Below the pieces are notes generated by a model. It ran no database searches. It worked only from the letters and a program-made list of their open reading frames with translations, and was not told where the DNA came from. Position numbers and translations under genes: made by a program. 64,000 nt of DNA from an uncultured Solirubrobacterales bacterium (GTDB lineage: Bacteria > Actinomycetota > Thermoleophilia > Solirubrobacterales > 70-9), in NCBI GenBank assembly GCA_963752585.1, contig CAVVYV010000008.1, positions 552,197-616,196 on the forward strand, given 5' to 3'. Numbering within the stretch: position 1 is the stretch's first letter; each line of letters begins with the position of its first letter. This document shows positions 1-9,527 of the stretch, one piece after another.

Positions 1-356
1 GAGCGGGCGCTTTCGGAGCCGAGAACCGCCTCGACGACGCCCTCACGATCGCGATGGCCGAGGTCGGCGTCGCCCTGGTGGCATTCGACGCGGACCGGAT
101 CGAGGGGCGGCTGGGCCTGCGGCTCTCGCTCGAGCGAGAGCGGTTCGAGGGCCGACACTCGCCGCTCCCCGAGGGCACGATCGTGATCGCCGACGAGCGG
201 CGGGCGCTGGCGGTGCTCTTCGACCGGATCGCCGAGGGGAGGGGAGTCCAGTCGCGGACCGAGCGCACCGCCCTGGTCGCGATCGGGGTGAAGGGGGTGC
301 CCGACGTCGCCCTCGAGGAGGGGCTGTGGGTGGCGGCGAGCGCGATGCACGCGTAG
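1..356 (+). CDS. B3/B4 (PheT-like) tRNA-binding-domain protein, C-terminal part; 5' end outside window
   Basis: The frame is open from the window edge (ORF 54..356 is its tail), with TAG at 354-356. ...IVIADERRALAVLFDRIAEGRGVQSRTERTALVAIGVKGVPD... resembles stand-alone B3/B4-domain proteins. The assignment is from memory of the family only. Confidence 0.4.
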   Translation, partial: AGAFGAENRLDDALTIAMAEVGVALVAFDADRIEGRLGLRLSLERERFEGRHSPLPEGTIVIADERRALAVLFDRIAEGRGVQSRTERTALVAIGVKGVPDVALEEGLWVAASAMHA

Positions 357-386
357 AATGGTTCCCCCCGAGTGGAGGAGGGGCAG

Positions 387-943
387 ATGCCGGAGACACT
401 CGAGCGAATCGATCTCCCCGAGGAGCTGACCGCCCCCGAGGAGTCTTTAGTTCCTCCCGCGCCCCCCGAGGGCCTCGACACCCTCCTCTACGAGCACGAC
501 GAGCGCGCCGCCCGCGCCGATCTTCGCCGCCAGATCGCCGCGCTGGAGGCGGCTCTCGGCACGGCTGTTCGGCTCCGCCTTCCCCCGGACCGGGATCGAG
601 TTCGCGGTCGCCGCCCCCGGCGGCGGCCCCGGATCCTCTCGGTGGACGAGCTGGAACGGGTCCGGGACGCGCTCGCGGCGCGCCTCGAGGAGGTCAAGGG
701 CAGACTCGCCCACCACACCTCGGTCGAGGAGGAGAACCGCCTGCTGATCGAGGAGATGGCCGCCGATCCCGCCGCCCACAAGTGGATCAGGGTCTCCAAC
801 GAGGACATCGGCGAGCCCGGCTGCCGTCACTGGCACTCACGCCCGCGCTGGGGGCTGCTCGGGATGCTGAAGGGCTGGTGGCGGGTCCGCGTCTCCTCCG
901 GTTGTCCGTTAGCCGAGGGGCTACGGCCCCCTCGCACCCCTGA
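387..943 (+). CDS. Conserved hypothetical protein with Trp/Cys/His-rich C-terminal motif (GCRHWHSRPRWG...SSGCPLA); 3' end inferred
   Basis: A GGAGGAGGGG Shine-Dalgarno lies just upstream of ATG 387. The N-terminal half looks coiled-coil-like, followed by KWIRVSNEDIGEPGCRHWHSRPRWGLLGMLKGWWRVRVSSGCPLA. As written the frame (ORF 372..1481) reads on into membrane helices. I end it at TGA 941-943, reached after an assumed 1-nt indel in the G-run near 915-920, because that TGA overlaps the next ATG (TGATG). The end is uncertain. Confidence 0.4.
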
Positions 944-1452
944 TGGCAAGCAAACGGCAGCGGCGGAAGCGTCGCCGGCGCCTGGAGGGTGCCGGGGACG
1001 AGCCGGTGTCCACGGACCCGCCGGCGGTCCAGCCGCGGCCGAGCCGACCCCGTCCGCGCGCCGCACCGACGGGCCGCCGCCGGCGCCGTGGGGCTCGTTC
1101 CCGCTCTCGGAGCTGGTCGTAGTCGTCGCGATCGTCTTCCTGGTCGCCGGCTTCTTCGTCGCCCCGCCTCGCGGCGCGGTGTTGATCGGCGCCGGCCTCG
1201 TTCTCGGCTCGCTGGCGGGGCTCGAGCTCGCGGTCCGCGAGCACTTCGCCGGCTATCGCTCCCATACCCTGCTGCTCGCCGGCGCGATCGGGGTGGCGGT
1301 GGTCGCCGCGCTCTACGTCTCCGGGGCGGTGATCGCGGGCGTCGCGCTGCTGGCCGGGCATCGCCGCCTTCGCCGCCTTCGGCTGGCTCCTCGCCTCGGC
1401 CTTCCGGAGGCGCTCGGGCGGAGCGCTGTTTCGCTTCAAGGGCGGGCCGTGA
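943..1452 (+). pseudogene. Integral membrane protein (about 4 TM helices), frame interrupted; alternatively the C-terminal domain of the preceding ORF
   Basis: Hydrophobic helices: ELVVVVAIVFLVAGFFV, VLIGAGLVLGSLAGL, LLLAGAIGVAVVAALYV, VIAGVALLAG. The last helix and a basic tail (IAAFAAFGWLLASAFRRRSGGALFRFKGGP*, TGA 1450-1452) appear only after a frame change near 1350. Joining to ATG 943 needs another change near 1075. Confidence 0.4.
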
Positions 1453-1477
1453 CCGGCCCGCCCCCTCGCGATCGTCC

Positions 1478-1907
1478 TTAGGCGGTCGCCACTGGCGCCG
1501 GCGGTCTTCGCCTGCAGCGCCCTGACCAGGATCCCCACCTGACGCTCGGTCAGGGTCCCGAGGCGCTTGCCCTCGCTCAGCCCGATCGAGGTGAGCAGCT
1601 TCCGGGCGCGCGCCCGGCCCCAGCGGCGCTGGCTGCGGAGCAGCTCGCTCAGGGTCATGCTCTCGACCTCCCACGGGCGCTCGATCACGGTGTCGATCAC
1701 GCATCGCCGGCCCGCCCCGATGTCGCGCTTCAGCGCCGCGCGGGCAAGCCGGACCTGATTGGCGCGGGCGAGAGCCTGCATGCACTGGGCGTCGCCGCCT
1801 CCGACGGGAGTCTCGCGCTCGACCGGCCGTTCGACGCGATCGGGTTCAACGGAACGGCGGGTCGGTAGTGCGGGATGCGCAGGGGCAATCGTCGTGGCAG
1901 CGGACAT
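1478..1907 (-). pseudogene. mIHF-like helix-hairpin-helix nucleoid/DNA-binding protein, stop apparently lost by a frameshift
   Basis: A GAGGAGGGAG SD lies about 5 nt upstream of ATG 1907. ...MTLSELLRSQRRWGRARARKLLTSIGLSEGKRLGTLTERQVGILVRAL resembles the HhH core of actinobacterial integration host factor. As written the frame runs antisense through the membrane gene to 921. A TAA at 1478-1480 in another frame, overlapping the opposing TAG at 1479-1481, is the plausible true stop. Confidence 0.5.
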
Positions 1908-2197
1908 CGTTCTCCCTCCTCAGCGGTGATCAGGAATTAGCGGGGCTGATTTTTTGCCGGCGACGCCCCCGGCGCTCTTGGCGAGCCGGGGGAAGGGACG
2001 GGCCTCTCCTTACTTCTTTCCGTCCGCTCCCTGCCCCGGAAGCGCGCGGCGAGGCGAAACTTATCTAGCCAACCGCGCGACGGTCAACACCAAAAAATTC
2101 ATCCCGTTCGCTAAGAGCAGATGTTTTGTTTCGGCCCGATCGAGCGGCTACGAGATCGTGCGCCGGTTGCATCCGCGACGATCTGGCCGCCGGGGCC

Positions 2198-3438
2198 TCA
2201 TCGCCGCCCGTCGGGAGCTCCGGGAAACGTCCCTTGACCTCGGCGAAGACCTCCAGGGCTCGATCGAGCTGGCTCCTCTCGTGGGTCGCCATCAGGCTGG
2301 TCCGCAGCAGCGCTCCCCCGGGCGGCACCGCCGGGTGGATCGCGACGTTGGTGTAGACGCCGGCCTCGAACAGGGCCTTCCAGAGCAGGACCGCCTGCCA
2401 GTCCTCGCCGACGATCACCGGAACCACGGGTGTGGTCGCCTCGCGGCCATCCGGGAGCGTCCCCGGCTCGACCACCTTCAAGCCCAGACTCGTGGAATCC
2501 CTGACGCAGGTAGGCGGCGTTCTCGAGCAGCCGCGACATCAGCTCCGGGCCCCTCGCTGCGGATGATCCGCAGCGCCCCGAGAGCGGCGCCGACCGCGGC
2601 GGGGACCGCGGAGGCGCTGAAGATGAACGAGCGGGAGGCGATCCGAAGGTACTCGATCACCTCCGCCGAGCCGGCGATGAAGCCGCCGCAGGAGGCGAGG
2701 CTCTTGGAGAAGGTCCCCATCCGCAGGTCGACGGCGTCCTCGAGGCCGAAGAGCTCGCAGGCGCCGGCGCCGCGCTCACCGAGCACGCCGACCCCGTGGG
2801 CCTCGTCGACCATCAGCCGGGCGCCGTGACGCCGGGTGAGCTCGACGATCGCCGGCAGGTCGCAGACGTCCCCCTCCATCGAGAAGACGCCGTCGACGAT
2901 CACCAGGGTGCCGCTGCCGTCGGCCACGGCCCGCTCGAGCATCGTCTCCAGCTTGTCCATCCGGTTGTGGCGGAAGGGCCGCATCCGGGCGCCGGAGAGC
3001 TTGCAGCCGTCGAGGATCGAGGCGTGGTCGCCCGAGTCGCAGATCACGGTGTCGCCGGGCTCGAGGATGGCGCTGATCGCGCCCAGGTTCGACTGGTAGC
3101 CGGTGGTGAAGACGATCGCGTCCTCGGTCCCCATCCACTCGGCCAGCTCCCGCTCCAGCTCGAGGTGCATCGGGGTGGTGCCGTTGAGCAGGCGCGAGCC
3201 GGTCACCCCGGTGCCGTAGGCCTCGAGCGCGTCACGGGCCGCCTGCTTCACCCGCTCGTCGGTGGTCAGCCCCAGGTAGTTGTTGGAGCCGAGCATGATC
3301 GTCTCCCGGCCCTCCATCTCGACCACCGGGCCCGGCCTGCGACTCGAGGATCCGGAAATAGGGAAGGAGGTCGCCCTCCTTCGCGGCCTCGAGCTGCTCG
3401 GCGCGGTCGTGGGTGCGGACCTTCTCGAAGACGTCCAC
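2198..3438 (-). pseudogene. Alpha-oxoamine synthase family PLP enzyme (8-amino-7-oxononanoate synthase / 2-amino-3-ketobutyrate CoA ligase / SPT-like), about 3 frameshifts
   Basis: Fragments in ORFs 3232..3609, 2478..3560, 2198..2539 and 2065..2481 join as ...PYFRILESQAGP|VVEMEGRETIMLGSNNYLGL...DEAHGVGVLG...GTFSKSLASCGGF...RIIRSEGP|ELMSRLLENAAYLRQGFHESGL|KVVEPGT...LRTSLMATH. Frame changes lie near 3330, 2550 and 2480. The start is taken as GTG 3438. The 3' end is either 2198 (needing one more shift; the DNA at 2065-2197 is AT-richer) or 2065 as written. Confidence 0.8.
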
Positions 3439-3553
3439 CGGTGTTGCGAGGGCGCGCGTCGGCGCGACCCGTTTACGGTGGAGTCGGCATTGCCGGAAGC
3501 ATAGGTGCCACCGGCGCCCCGAGCCGATCGAGCACCTTGTAGCGTCCCCGCCC

Positions 3554-4686
3554 GTGGCAATCGAGGTGAGGCCGGTCGAGGGCCGGCGCGAGTTGACCCG
3601 CTTCATCAAGCTGCCCGTTCCGCCTCCATCGCGGGACGCCCTGGGTGCCGCCGCTGATCTACGAGCGCCGCCAGTTCCTCGACCGCTCCAAGAACCCCTA
3701 TTTCGAGCACGCCGAGGCCGAGTACTTCCTCGCCTGGCGAGACGGCGAGCCGGTCGGGCCGGATCACCGCCCAGATCGACCGGCGCTGGGACGAGTTCCA
3801 GGGCGGCAGCGACGGCCAGTTCGGCTTCATCGAGGCCGAGGACGACCCCGAGGTCTTCGCCGCCCTCCTCGAGACGGCCGAGTCATGGGTGCGTGAGCGC
3901 GGCCGCGAGCGGCTGCTCGGGCCGATGGACTTCACCACCAACGACGAGTGCGGGCTCCTGATCGAGGGCTACGACCGCCACCCGATGATCCTCGAGCCCT
4001 GGCACCCGCCCTACTACCGGGAGCGGCTCGAGGCCCTCGGCTACGGCAAGACGATCGACCTGCTGATCTGGTGGCTGTCGCTGGGCGAGCTGAAGCAGGG
4101 CGACCGCTTCGCCGACGCGATCCACGAGGTCGCCGACAAGGTCGAGTCCGAGCACGGGATCACGGTCCGGAACATGCGCAAGCGCGACCTCGAGGCCGAG
4201 ATCGGCCGCTTCATGGAGGTCTACAACGCCGCCTGGGAGAGGAACTGGGGCTTCGTCCCGATCACCGACGAGGAGGTCGGCTTCCAGGCCAAGAACCTGA
4301 AGCAGATCATCGACGAGCGCTGGGGGTTCATCGCCGAGCGCGACGGCGAGGTTCTCGGCGCCGCCCTCACCCTTCCCGACATCAACCAGGTGACGAAGAG
4401 GATGAACGGCCGCCTGCTCCCATTCGGCTGGCTCCGGTTCCTCCTCGGCAAGCGGAAGATCGACCGGGTGCGGGTGTTCGCCCTCGGGGTGAAGCCCGAG
4501 TACCAGCACACGGGGATCGCGGCCCGCTTCTACGTCCGCCACATCGAGACCGCCGCCGAGACCGGCTCCCCGGCCGGCGACCAGGGCTGGATCCTGGAGA
4601 CGAACGAGCCGATGAACCGGGCGATGGAGGGGATGGGGGGGAAGATCGTCAAGCGCTACCGGCTGTACGAGAAGACGCTCGCCTGA
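3554..4686 (+). pseudogene. GNAT-family N-acetyltransferase-like protein (about 375 aa), 2 frameshifts
   Basis: GTG 3554: VAIEVRPVEGRRELTRFIKLP|FRLHRGTPWVPPLIYERRQFLDRSKNPYFEHAEAEYFLAWRDGEPVG|RITAQIDRRWDEF...; the remainder is ORF 3889..4686. Shifts lie at the ccc run 3614-3616 and near 3762. The C-terminal half (GVKPEYQHTGIAARF...) fits an acetyl-CoA-binding GNAT fold. Confidence 0.6.
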
Positions 4687-4758
4687 CGGTCTCTGGCATC
4701 GCTAGTTGCGCTCCTTCCCCTCGGCGCCGCGCTGAAACGAGCCGGGGCACCTCTTAGG

Positions 4759-5052
4759 ATGGGCCGATGGCCGAGGAGCTGCGGGAGAGCGAGGCTGGAG
4801 GTGATCGAGGCGGGACCGGTGCGGCCGGTTCCCGCGCAGCGCCAGAGCGGCGCGATCCAGCTCTGGGGCCGCGAGGTCGGGCCGGTGGCGGTCGCCGCCA
4901 CCGCCGGCGCCGCGGCCGGGGTCGCCGCGGTCGCGATCGCCCGGGCGGCGCGAGCCGAGCGCCGCCCGCCGCGGCGTGGGCTCTTCCGCCGCCGGGAGAA
5001 GGTCGTCGCCAGCCGCAGCTTCCTGGTCGACGTCCACATCCTCGGGCGTTAG
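4759..5052 (+). CDS. Hypothetical small protein with one hydrophobic segment
   Basis: ORF 4759..5052 contains one Ala/Val-rich helix (VAVAATAGAAAGVAAVAIA) and the tail ...EKVVASRSFLVDVHILGR. No family was recognised. An alternative ATG at 4767 lies in another frame. Coding status is weak. Confidence 0.25.
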   Translation: MGRWPRSCGRARLEVIEAGPVRPVPAQRQSGAIQLWGREVGPVAVAATAGAAAGVAAVAIARAARAERRPPRRGLFRRREKVVASRSFLVDVHILGR

Positions 5053-5061
5053 CTCTCGGCG

Positions 5062-6069
5062 ATGACCGCGGTGATCGAGGAGCGGGTGCTGCCGCGCTGG
5101 CCCTACCGGCTGCCGAGGAGCAGCGGCGGCGACGGGGTGATCCGGGTGCGCGGCGATGTCGTGGAGCGGCTGCTGCACGTCGGCCAGAGTCCGGTGCGGG
5201 TGAGGAGCTGGCGCACCCGCGAGGGGTATGTCCACGTCCGGGCGGAGTCGATCGATCCGGCGAGGGTCGAGCATCCGATCCCGTTCGCCGGGGAGACGCC
5301 GCTCGAGGAGAGGGCCCCGGCGGGCGAGGCGGAGCTCGGGATCGCGATCGAGCGGATGCGGTTCGCAATCGCGGTCGAGGACGACATGGGCGAGTTCTTC
5401 CGCGCCTTCAAGCGAGATCCCCTGATCGGCCCGGGGATCCACCACATGCCCTGGGTCCGCCCGAAGCGGCGCCCGTGGCCCTGGGAGGCGCTCTGCTGGG
5501 CGATCACCAAGCAGCTGATCGAGTCCTCGCGGGCGGCTCAGATCCAGCGGCGGATCATGCGCCGATGGGCGCCGAGCCACCTCCCCCTGGACCACGAGCC
5601 GCCGGCGCGCGGCCGCGACCCCTGGCCGCTGCGAGACGTGCCCTCGGCCGCGGTGATCGCCGGACGGGCGCCCGCGGAGCTCGCCTCGATGGATCTGAGC
5701 GAGGGCCGCTCGCTGGCGATGGTCCGCTGCGCCCGCGAGGTGGCTGCGGGGCGCGCCGATCTCTTCGACCCTGAGTCCGACCGGCGGCTGCGGGCGATCC
5801 CGGAGATCGGTCCCTGGACGATCCAATGCCTCGGCCTCGGCGGGCGCGGTGAGCCCGATTCGCTCCCGGCGGGCGATCTCGCCTACGTCAAGCTGGTCGG
5901 CTACCTCACCGGGCTCCGGCGCCGGGCGACGGTCGAGGAGGTCGAGGAGTACTTCGCCCCATACGCCCCGTTCAGGGGGCTGGCGGGAGCCTTCGCGCTC
6001 GCGGTCTGGCACAAGGCGGCGAAGGGCGGCCCGCCGCTCCGCCGCGCCCCCGACCCGCTCGCCGCCTAG
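5062..6069 (+). CDS. DNA-3-methyladenine glycosylase II family (AlkA-like, HhH-GPD) protein
   Basis: Intact 335-aa ORF. ...LRAIPEIGPWTIQCLGLGGRGEPDSLPAGDLAYVKLVG... matches the helix-hairpin-helix/GPD region of AlkA-type glycosylases, and the N-terminal AlkA-like domain is present. Confidence 0.75.
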   Translation: MTAVIEERVLPRWPYRLPRSSGGDGVIRVRGDVVERLLHVGQSPVRVRSWRTREGYVHVRAESIDPARVEHPIPFAGETPLEERAPAGEAELGIAIERMRFAIAVEDDMGEFFRAFKRDPLIGPGIHHMPWVRPKRRPWPWEALCWAITKQLIESSRAAQIQRRIMRRWAPSHLPLDHEPPARGRDPWPLRDVPSAAVIAGRAPAELASMDLSEGRSLAMVRCAREVAAGRADLFDPESDRRLRAIPEIGPWTIQCLGLGGRGEPDSLPAGDLAYVKLVGYLTGLRRRATVEEVEEYFAPYAPFRGLAGAFALAVWHKAAKGGPPLRRAPDPLAA

Positions 6070-6112
6070 CGTCATTCAGCGGTGCCGCTTTCGCGCGGAG
6101 CAGGCGCGAGTA

Positions 6113-6718
6113 TCAGCGACGGACCCGATAGTGCATGTGGGTGACACCGCCCTCACCTTCGAGGACGCGGATGCGCTCAAGCTCGATCTGTTCGGCAGGG
6201 AGGCCCTCGAACAGACGGCGCCCCTGGCCGAAGAGCACCGGGACGACATGTAGCTCGAGCTCGTCGAGGAGGCCGGCGGCGAGCGCGAGCCGCGCGACGG
6301 CGGCACCGTGAACGAGCACGTTCTTGTCGCCCGCTGCCCGCTTAGCCTCGGTTATCGCGGTCCCGGCGTCTTCCACGTAGGTGACGAGCGGCCACTGGCT
6401 CACGTCGATGCCGGGCTCATGGCGGCTGTAGACCCAGATCGGCACGCCGTTGTGGTGGTCACCGCCCCAGCCGCCTGCCGGCTCGAAGGTCCCCCGGCCG
6501 CCGACGACTGCTCCGGTGTTCATCATCTCCTCCGAGACCTCGCCGTTGGCGCCAGCCAGACGGCCGACGTGGGGGCCCCTCTGATCAGGGTCGACATCCG
6601 GGAAGGCCCAGTCGTGCAGGCGGTCACCGCCGTCGCCGAGCCCGTTGTCGTCTGTTTCGTTGGGCCCGGCGATGAATCCGTCGAGGGACATTGACATGTA
6701 GAGAACGGTCGCGGACAC
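6113..6718 (-). CDS. Dihydrofolate reductase-like protein (RibD C-terminal domain family)
   Basis: Intact 201-aa ORF. MSMSLDGFIAGPN...VLVHGAAVARLALAAGLLDELELHVVPVLFGQGRRLFEG is typical of the RibD_C / YyaP-type family. Confidence 0.8.
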   Translation of the reverse strand: MSATVLYMSMSLDGFIAGPNETDDNGLGDGGDRLHDWAFPDVDPDQRGPHVGRLAGANGEVSEEMMNTGAVVGGRGTFEPAGGWGGDHHNGVPIWVYSRHEPGIDVSQWPLVTYVEDAGTAITEAKRAAGDKNVLVHGAAVARLALAAGLLDELELHVVPVLFGQGRRLFEGLPAEQIELERIRVLEGEGGVTHMHYRVRR

Positions 6719-6750
6719 GGCGCCTCCTGTTCTGGGTGTGGACGTGGATA

Positions 6751-6774
6751 ATCTACAACTAGATGGTTGTAGAT
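6751..6774. promoter_or_regulatory. 9-6-9 inverted repeat ATCTACAAC-tagatg-GTTGTAGAT, probable ArsR/SmtB operator overlapping the regulator's own start codon
   Basis: Perfect 9-nt arms are read directly from the sequence. The repeat spans ATG 6763 of the ArsR gene and follows a TAATCT -10-like hexamer (6749-6754), in the divergent gap between 6718 and 6763. Confidence 0.6.
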
Positions 6775-7111
6775 GATCTGACTGACGAGGCCGTCGACGA
6801 GCTGTTCCATGCCCTTGCCGACCCGACCCGTCGCGACATCCTTCGCCGCTGCGCCGCCGGCGAGCCCTCGGTTTCGCGACTCGCGGAGGCTTACCCGATG
6901 AGCTTCGCGGCGGTTCAGAAGCACGTCGCGGTGATGGAGCGGGCCGGCCTGGTCACCAAGGAGCGCCGCGGGCGCGAGCAGCTCGTGCGCACCGATGCCG
7001 AGGCGGTCGGCCGCGCGCGACAGGTCCTCGACGAGCTCGAGACCGACCTGGCGCGCGCGAGTGGACCGGATGTCGGACCTGCTCGCCCAGGGCACCGAGC
7101 CAGAGGAATGA
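6763..7111 (+). pseudogene. ArsR/SmtB-family transcriptional regulator, 1 frameshift near the 3' end
   Basis: ELFHALADPTRRDILRRCAAGEPSVSRLAEAYPMSFAAVQKHVAVMERAGLV is the winged-HTH. After about 7046 the natural C-terminus WRARVDRMSDLLAQGTEPEE* (TGA 7109-7111) is in the next frame. As written the ORF runs to 7137. Confidence 0.8.
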
Positions 7112-7133
7112 ACTCAACGATGGGAGGAGCTGG

Positions 7134-7617
7134 ATGAGCGTCACCAGCGTCGACAAGGACTACGACAACCTGAGCGTCACCCTGATCGCCGATTTCGACG
7201 CTCCGATCGATCAGGTGTGGGAGCTTTGGTCGGATCCGCGCAAGCTCGAACGCTGGTGGGGCCCGCCGGGCTATCCGGCGACCGTCGGGAAGCACGACCT
7301 CACGCCCGCGCAGTGAGGTCACGTACCTGATGACCGGCCCGGAGGGCGATACGCACCGAGGGATGTGGCGCGTCACGACCGTCGATCCGCCGACCTCTCT
7401 GGAGTTCACCGACGCCTTCGCCGACAGCGACGGGAGGCCAACCGCGGACATGCCGGTCAACACGGTCAGCGTCCGGCTCACCAAGCGCGACGGCGGCACG
7501 CGGATGGAGATGCGCTCGACGTTCGACTCCCGCGAGGACCTGGAGAAGCTGGTCGGCACGGGCATGGTCGAGGGCCTGCGAGAGGCCGTCGGCCAAATGG
7601 ACGCCCTGCTCAGGTAG
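7134..7617 (+). pseudogene. SRPBCC-superfamily protein (Aha1/AHSA1-like), 1 frameshift
   Basis: ORFs 7134..7316 and 7330..7617 join as ...WWGPPGYPATVGKHDLTP|RSEVTYLMTGPEGDTHRGMWRVT... across the ccc run 7305-7307. The ArsR + SRPBCC gene pair is a common arrangement. Confidence 0.75.
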
Positions 7618-7735
7618 CAAGACGTTCGTGCCTCCATTCGCGTGGAAGCAGGAGTTCGCGCTCGCTTCCCTGGTCTGAGAAACGGCGTTCGCTAGGCGCG
7701 GTTCCGCAGAGCCGCAAGGCCAGGCGGAAATGTCG

Positions 7736-8748
7736 CTACTCCGGCGGCGGAGGCGGGAGGAGCTCGTTGGTGAGCACCTCGTCCGCCGCGGGGACGTCGG
7801 AGATCAGGCCGTGGTCGGCCATCCAGCTCGCGAACAGCTCCCACCTGGCGCCGTCCATCTGGCCGAACGACTTCCCCGGAGCGGGCGCCAGCAGCGGCAG
7901 GGTGGCGTCCACCTCCGCCCGGGTCAGCTTCGGGTCGAGGCCCTTGCCCGCCTTCAGGATCGATTGGGTGGCCGCCTCCGGATTGGCGATCGCGTCCCGG
8001 GTGCCGTTGGCGAGCGCGGAGATGAAGAGGCGGATCGCGTCGGGGTCGTCCTCGACTCGGGAGCGCTGCGCGACCAGAACCAGCTCGTCGTAGGTGGGGA
8101 CCCCGAGCTGGTCGACCGGGACCACCGCGCGGGTCGTCCCCGCGCTGAGCCAGGTCCACTCCCTCGATGTTGCTGAAGCCGCCGAGGATCGCCTGTGCCT
8201 GGCCGCCGAGCAGCGCCGGCAGCAGGTTGAGGCCGACGTTGACCTCGTTGACGTCGGAGGGCGAGAGGCCAGCGTCCGCGAGGATCGTCTCCAGGTAGTC
8301 GCTCTGGTAGGGGATCCCGGCGGTGGCGACCGTCTTTCCCTTCAGGTCCGCGGGGGTGGCGATCCCGCCGGCGGGGAGGGAGATCAGCGAGGTGAGCGGC
8401 TGGTCGACGATCGCGCCGACCGCCTCGACGTCGAGGCCCTGGTCGTGGGCGAGCAGGACCTCGGGCTCGTAGGAGATCGCGAGGTCGGCGCGGCCCGCCG
8501 CCACCTCCTTGATCGGCGCCGACGGGTCGGAGGGCACCCTCGGGGTGACCGCGAGGCCGGCGCGCTCGAAGTAGCCGTTGTCGATCGCGGTGAACACGCC
8601 GGCGTGATCGGGGTTGACGTAGAAGTCGAGCGCCAGGTCGAAGGGCTCCGGCTGCGCCGTGGCGAGCGTCTCCTCCTTCTCACCGCAGGAAGCGAGCGCC
8701 AGCGCCGCCAGCAGTGCCGCCGCAGCGGCCCCGAGTCCGCGGTCTCAC
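7736..8748 (-). pseudogene. ABC transporter substrate-binding lipoprotein, NMT1/THI5-like (ThiY-like), 2 frameshifts
   Basis: GTG 8748 overlaps the permease stop (GTGA). The lipobox ...AAAAALLAALALASCGEK is reached after a shift near 8728. ...FYVNPDHAGVFTAIDNGYFE...FSNIEGVDLAQRG|TTRAVVPVDQLGVPTYDELV... shows a shift in the cccc run 8138-8141. It ends ...ELLPPPPPE* at 7736. Confidence 0.8.
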
Positions 8749-9527
8749 CGCTCGGTCCTCCAGGTGACGACGCGCCGCTCGAGCAGGGTGAGGAGGGCGA
8801 AGAGGGCGATTGCCATCGCCGAGAGCACCACCATCGCCGCGAACGAGCGAGCGGTGAGCAGCTGCGCGTTCGCCTGGTCGATCAGGTGCCCGAGCCCGGC
8901 GTTCGACCCGGCCGCCTCGGCGAAGACGGCACCGATCACAGAGACGGCGACCGCCACCTTGGCCCCGCTGAAGGCGTAGGGGAGCGCCCAGGGCCCCTCG
9001 ACCCGGCGCAGGGTCTGCAACCGGCCGGCCCCCATCGTCCGCATCAGCTTCAGCAGCTCGGGATCAACCGAGCGGAGCCCGTCGAGGGTGTTGACGGTGA
9101 TCGGGAAGAAGCAGATCAGGGCGACGATCGCGAGCTTCGTCTCGATCTCGAAGCCGAAGACGACCACCAGGATCGGGGCGAGGATGACGATCGGGATCGT
9201 CTGCGAGGCGACCAGCAGCGGGTAGACAGCGCTGCGAGCGGTCTCCGAGAGGTGGATGAGGACCGCGAACCCGACCCCGGTGACGACCGCGAGGGCGAAT
9301 CCGAGCAGCACCTCCTTCAGGGTCACCCAGGCGTCGTCGGCGAGCAGCGAGCGATCCTCCCACAGCGACTGCGCGATCTCGCTCGGGGCGGGGACGAGGA
9401 AGTCCTCGATCCCGAAGACGTCGGCGAGCGCGCCCGTCTGGGCGAGGAGCTCCCAGAGCCCGATCAGGCCGACGAGCAGGATCGCCGGCGCGAGCGCCGG
9501 TCGCAGCCGCTTCGCGAGCGAGCTCAT
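8745..9527 (-). CDS. ABC transporter permease (NitT/TauT family, ThiX-like)
   Basis: ATG 9527 overlaps the ATPase stop (ATGA). MSSLAKRLRPALAPAILLVGLIGLWEL... has six hydrophobic segments and the EAA-like loop ...DGLRSVDPELLKLMRTMGAG. The frame is intact within ORF 8745..9764. Confidence 0.85.
   Translation of the reverse strand: MSSLAKRLRPALAPAILLVGLIGLWELLAQTGALADVFGIEDFLVPAPSEIAQSLWEDRSLLADDAWVTLKEVLLGFALAVVTGVGFAVLIHLSETARSAVYPLLVASQTIPIVILAPILVVVFGFEIETKLAIVALICFFPITVNTLDGLRSVDPELLKLMRTMGAGRLQTLRRVEGPWALPYAFSGAKVAVAVSVIGAVFAEAAGSNAGLGHLIDQANAQLLTARSFAAMVVLSAMAIALFALLTLLERRVVTWRTER

Noticed and set aside
2065-2197. C-terminal approximately 45-aa extension of the alpha-oxoamine synthase as written (…PTGGDEAPAARSSRMQPAHDLVAARSGRNKTSALSERDEFFGVDRRAVG)
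   Set aside because: The stretch is AT-richer than coding DNA here, has no family counterpart, and contains runs like aaaaaa/tttt. It is probably intergenic, read only because a preceding indel removes the real stop (TGA at 2198-2200 in another frame).
4702-6075. 457-aa minus-strand ORF covering the AlkA locus
   Set aside because: It is antisense to a well-supported glycosylase gene. The translation is Arg/Pro/Gly/Asp-rich low-complexity sequence typical of off-frame reading in 70% GC DNA, with no family motifs.
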